Shown piece after piece: positions 32,189 through 33,793 of a stretch of 33,793 bases of DNA. The first letter of the stretch is position 1, and each line of letters starts with the position of its first letter. The stretch is from a virus (lineage: Duplodnaviria; Caudoviricetes). Made by a program: the position numbers and the translations under genes. Under the pieces are notes generated by a model. That model ran no database searches, was not told where the DNA came from, and saw only the letters and a program-made list of their open reading frames with translations. The stretch spans positions 1 through 33,793 of IMG/VR virus record IMGVR_UViG_3300036975_000123; one strand, given 5' to 3'.

Positions 32189-33793
32189 ATGAAGACTAGC
32201 AGTTATGTAAAAGCTGCGAAAGATATGGTCCGTAGAGAAAGCCAGGATGGTCAAAAAGGCCAGGAGAGCTTCGACTTAAAAAGAAAAGAGTTAATGACAC
32301 AAGATGAAATGAAAAGAATTGATGATTATTTATCAACTTTATATCATAATGAAGGTTCAATGTCTTCTTATTATACAGAATGGGAGGATATTGAAGAAAA
32401 ATTTTCTAATTGTCAGCCTGAAGAGTCAGACATGCCCAATACTCGTGCAAATATTATGGTAAGTACGATAGAAGGTATGATTACTCAAACGGTTGATAAG
32501 CAAATAAATACGGTTACTCAGGGTGTGGGTCCTGAAGATGAGCATTTTGCTAATAGTGCTCGTGTAGGATTAAATTGGATTTTTAAGAGCAATAGTATAA
32601 CAGATAGGGCAGCTACTTTTATTCGCAGGCGTTTTAAGTTCGGGGTAGCTTGGTTTAAAGTGGTTTTTGACGATGAATATGCTGGGGGTTTTGGTTTATC
32701 TAAAATTCAGGCAGTTCCTATCGATAGAATTTATATTGATGGAAAGATTACAGATGATGATAGAATACAAGAAGCCGAATATATTTGTGAGATTATTGAT
32801 TGTTCCAGGTCTTATGCTGAAGTAGTATATGGCAAGGAAAAAGCTTCGGCTATACAGTATGGTTATAATGAATTCCATTCGTCTGAGGCTTTTGATAAAG
32901 ATTTTCCTATTCCAGATGGAGATAGGTTGTGGGCTTTGATTCAGTGGTGGAGTAGGCAGGACGGAAAGCTTCGGCTTGAAGAATTTTCGGCTTGTGGGGT
33001 TCTTCTTTATGATAGCCATAAAGAAGGAAATAGGAGAGATAATCAGCGGCAAATGGCTGAAAGTATTAAGTCATATTATAAGTATGTATCAGATGAGTAC
33101 CCATATTTTTTAACTGTTAAGTACCCTAAGGAAGGGCATTTATACGGATTTGGAGATGGATGGTTACTTCTTTCTATACAAAAACTTGTAAATGAGTTGT
33201 ATGATAAGATTAGAATTCAGGCTAGGCCTAATCTTGTTATGGTAGATATATTTTCAGATGTTGATGTAAAATCTTTTGATGATAATAGTTATTCACCTAC
33301 ACCTTTTGATGGTGCGCGGCTTAATAACAGGCCCCCAGTTATTAGTGTTCCCTGGGGCACTGTGAACAAAGACATGTATGAGTTATTAGAAAGAATACGA
33401 GTGGAGATGCAGAGGATTGTCCGCTATTCAGATTTGATGATGGGGCAGTCTAAGTCGGCTGATACAGCTACAGAAGCAGCTATACAACAACAGCAAGGTA
33501 ATTCTCATATTGACTGGGAAAAAGGAGTATTAGAGCGTATTCTTGCTAAAGTGGGTAAATACTGTATTAATTTAATGATGGAGTTTTCAAAAACAGGTAA
33601 GTCACTTCGTATAGGGGAAGACAATGAAGAGTATAAGTGGGTAGATTTCAGGAATTTTGCAAGTATTCCTGTACAAAAACCAGCTACGAAGGGCTTTCAG
33701 GATAAGTATAAAGATGAAAATCCAGGGGTTCCGATTCCTAAATATGAAGGTGTAGAGGAAGATGGAAAGCCAGTAACTAAGAATTTAGACCTT
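32189..33793 (+). CDS. Portal protein, P22-like (runs off the window; absent from ORF track)
   Basis: Open frame from ATG 32189: PNTRANIMVSTIEG, EDEHFA, FGVAWFKVVFD, IDRIYIDG, QEAEYI, YPYF..YP...YGFGD, MMGQ....TATEAAIQQQQG; downstream of terL. Confidence 0.85.
   Translation, partial: MKTSSYVKAAKDMVRRESQDGQKGQESFDLKRKELMTQDEMKRIDDYLSTLYHNEGSMSSYYTEWEDIEEKFSNCQPEESDMPNTRANIMVSTIEGMITQTVDKQINTVTQGVGPEDEHFANSARVGLNWIFKSNSITDRAATFIRRRFKFGVAWFKVVFDDEYAGGFGLSKIQAVPIDRIYIDGKITDDDRIQEAEYICEIIDCSRSYAEVVYGKEKASAIQYGYNEFHSSEAFDKDFPIPDGDRLWALIQWWSRQDGKLRLEEFSACGVLLYDSHKEGNRRDNQRQMAESIKSYYKYVSDEYPYFLTVKYPKEGHLYGFGDGWLLLSIQKLVNELYDKIRIQARPNLVMVDIFSDVDVKSFDDNSYSPTPFDGARLNNRPPVISVPWGTVNKDMYELLERIRVEMQRIVRYSDLMMGQSKSADTATEAAIQQQQGNSHIDWEKGVLERILAKVGKYCINLMMEFSKTGKSLRIGEDNEEYKWVDFRNFASIPVQKPATKGFQDKYKDENPGVPIPKYEGVEEDGKPVTKNLDL

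Noticed and set aside
31976-32191. Amber read-through or recoded genetic code (Com-TAG-portal and SSB-TAG-PolA are in frame)
   Set aside because: All recognisable genes are full length under code 11, downstream genes have their own ATG, and no suppressor tRNA was seen.
157-33052. Antisense or overlapping ORF-track entries (e.g. 157-432, 1847-2194, 3284-3574, 3821-4319, 16386-16960, 17682-17963, 22957-23393, 27572-27859, 31767-32105, 32696-33052)
   Set aside because: Shadow frames of better-supported genes, without RBS or recognisable motifs.
1-33793. Prophage boundaries or lysogeny module
   Set aside because: No integrase, att site, clear CI repressor or host genes are visible, so lifestyle cannot be determined from this window.

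Overview
AT-rich tailed-phage DNA. A Firmicute, probably clostridial, host is inferred from AGGAGG ribosome-binding sites, sigmaA promoters and an amidase_3+SPOR endolysin. Order: end of a large gene and lysis genes (1-1816); replication module (DUF2800 nuclease, DUF2815 SSB, family-A DNA polymerase, XRE HTH, VapE/VirE primase-helicase); a non-coding stretch of promoters and hairpins; a leftward SPFH-lipoprotein operon; an iteron-like origin; VRR-NUC and SNF2 helicase; a leftward early/anti-defence-like operon (15.6-21.3 kb); a putative pac/promoter region; TerS and TerL; a nonulosonic (sialic)-acid cluster; a Com-like zinc finger; and a P22-like portal running off the end. Two things stand out. 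(1) The leftward operon is punctuated by eight structurally conserved spacers (stop-CACC-variable 10-13 bp stem-YTAT-...-AATAGGAGG-ATG), and its ~420 nt structured leader carries an antisense copy of both conserved ends plus a tRNA-like T-arm. This is a candidate RNA-based multi-target regulatory or processing system. (2) neuB, neuC and neuA, two CstII/Maf-like transferases and two hydroxyacid-dehydrogenase paralogs sit between terminase and portal, a candidate virion-sialylation pathway. All protein calls come from motif recognition by eye; no database searches were run.
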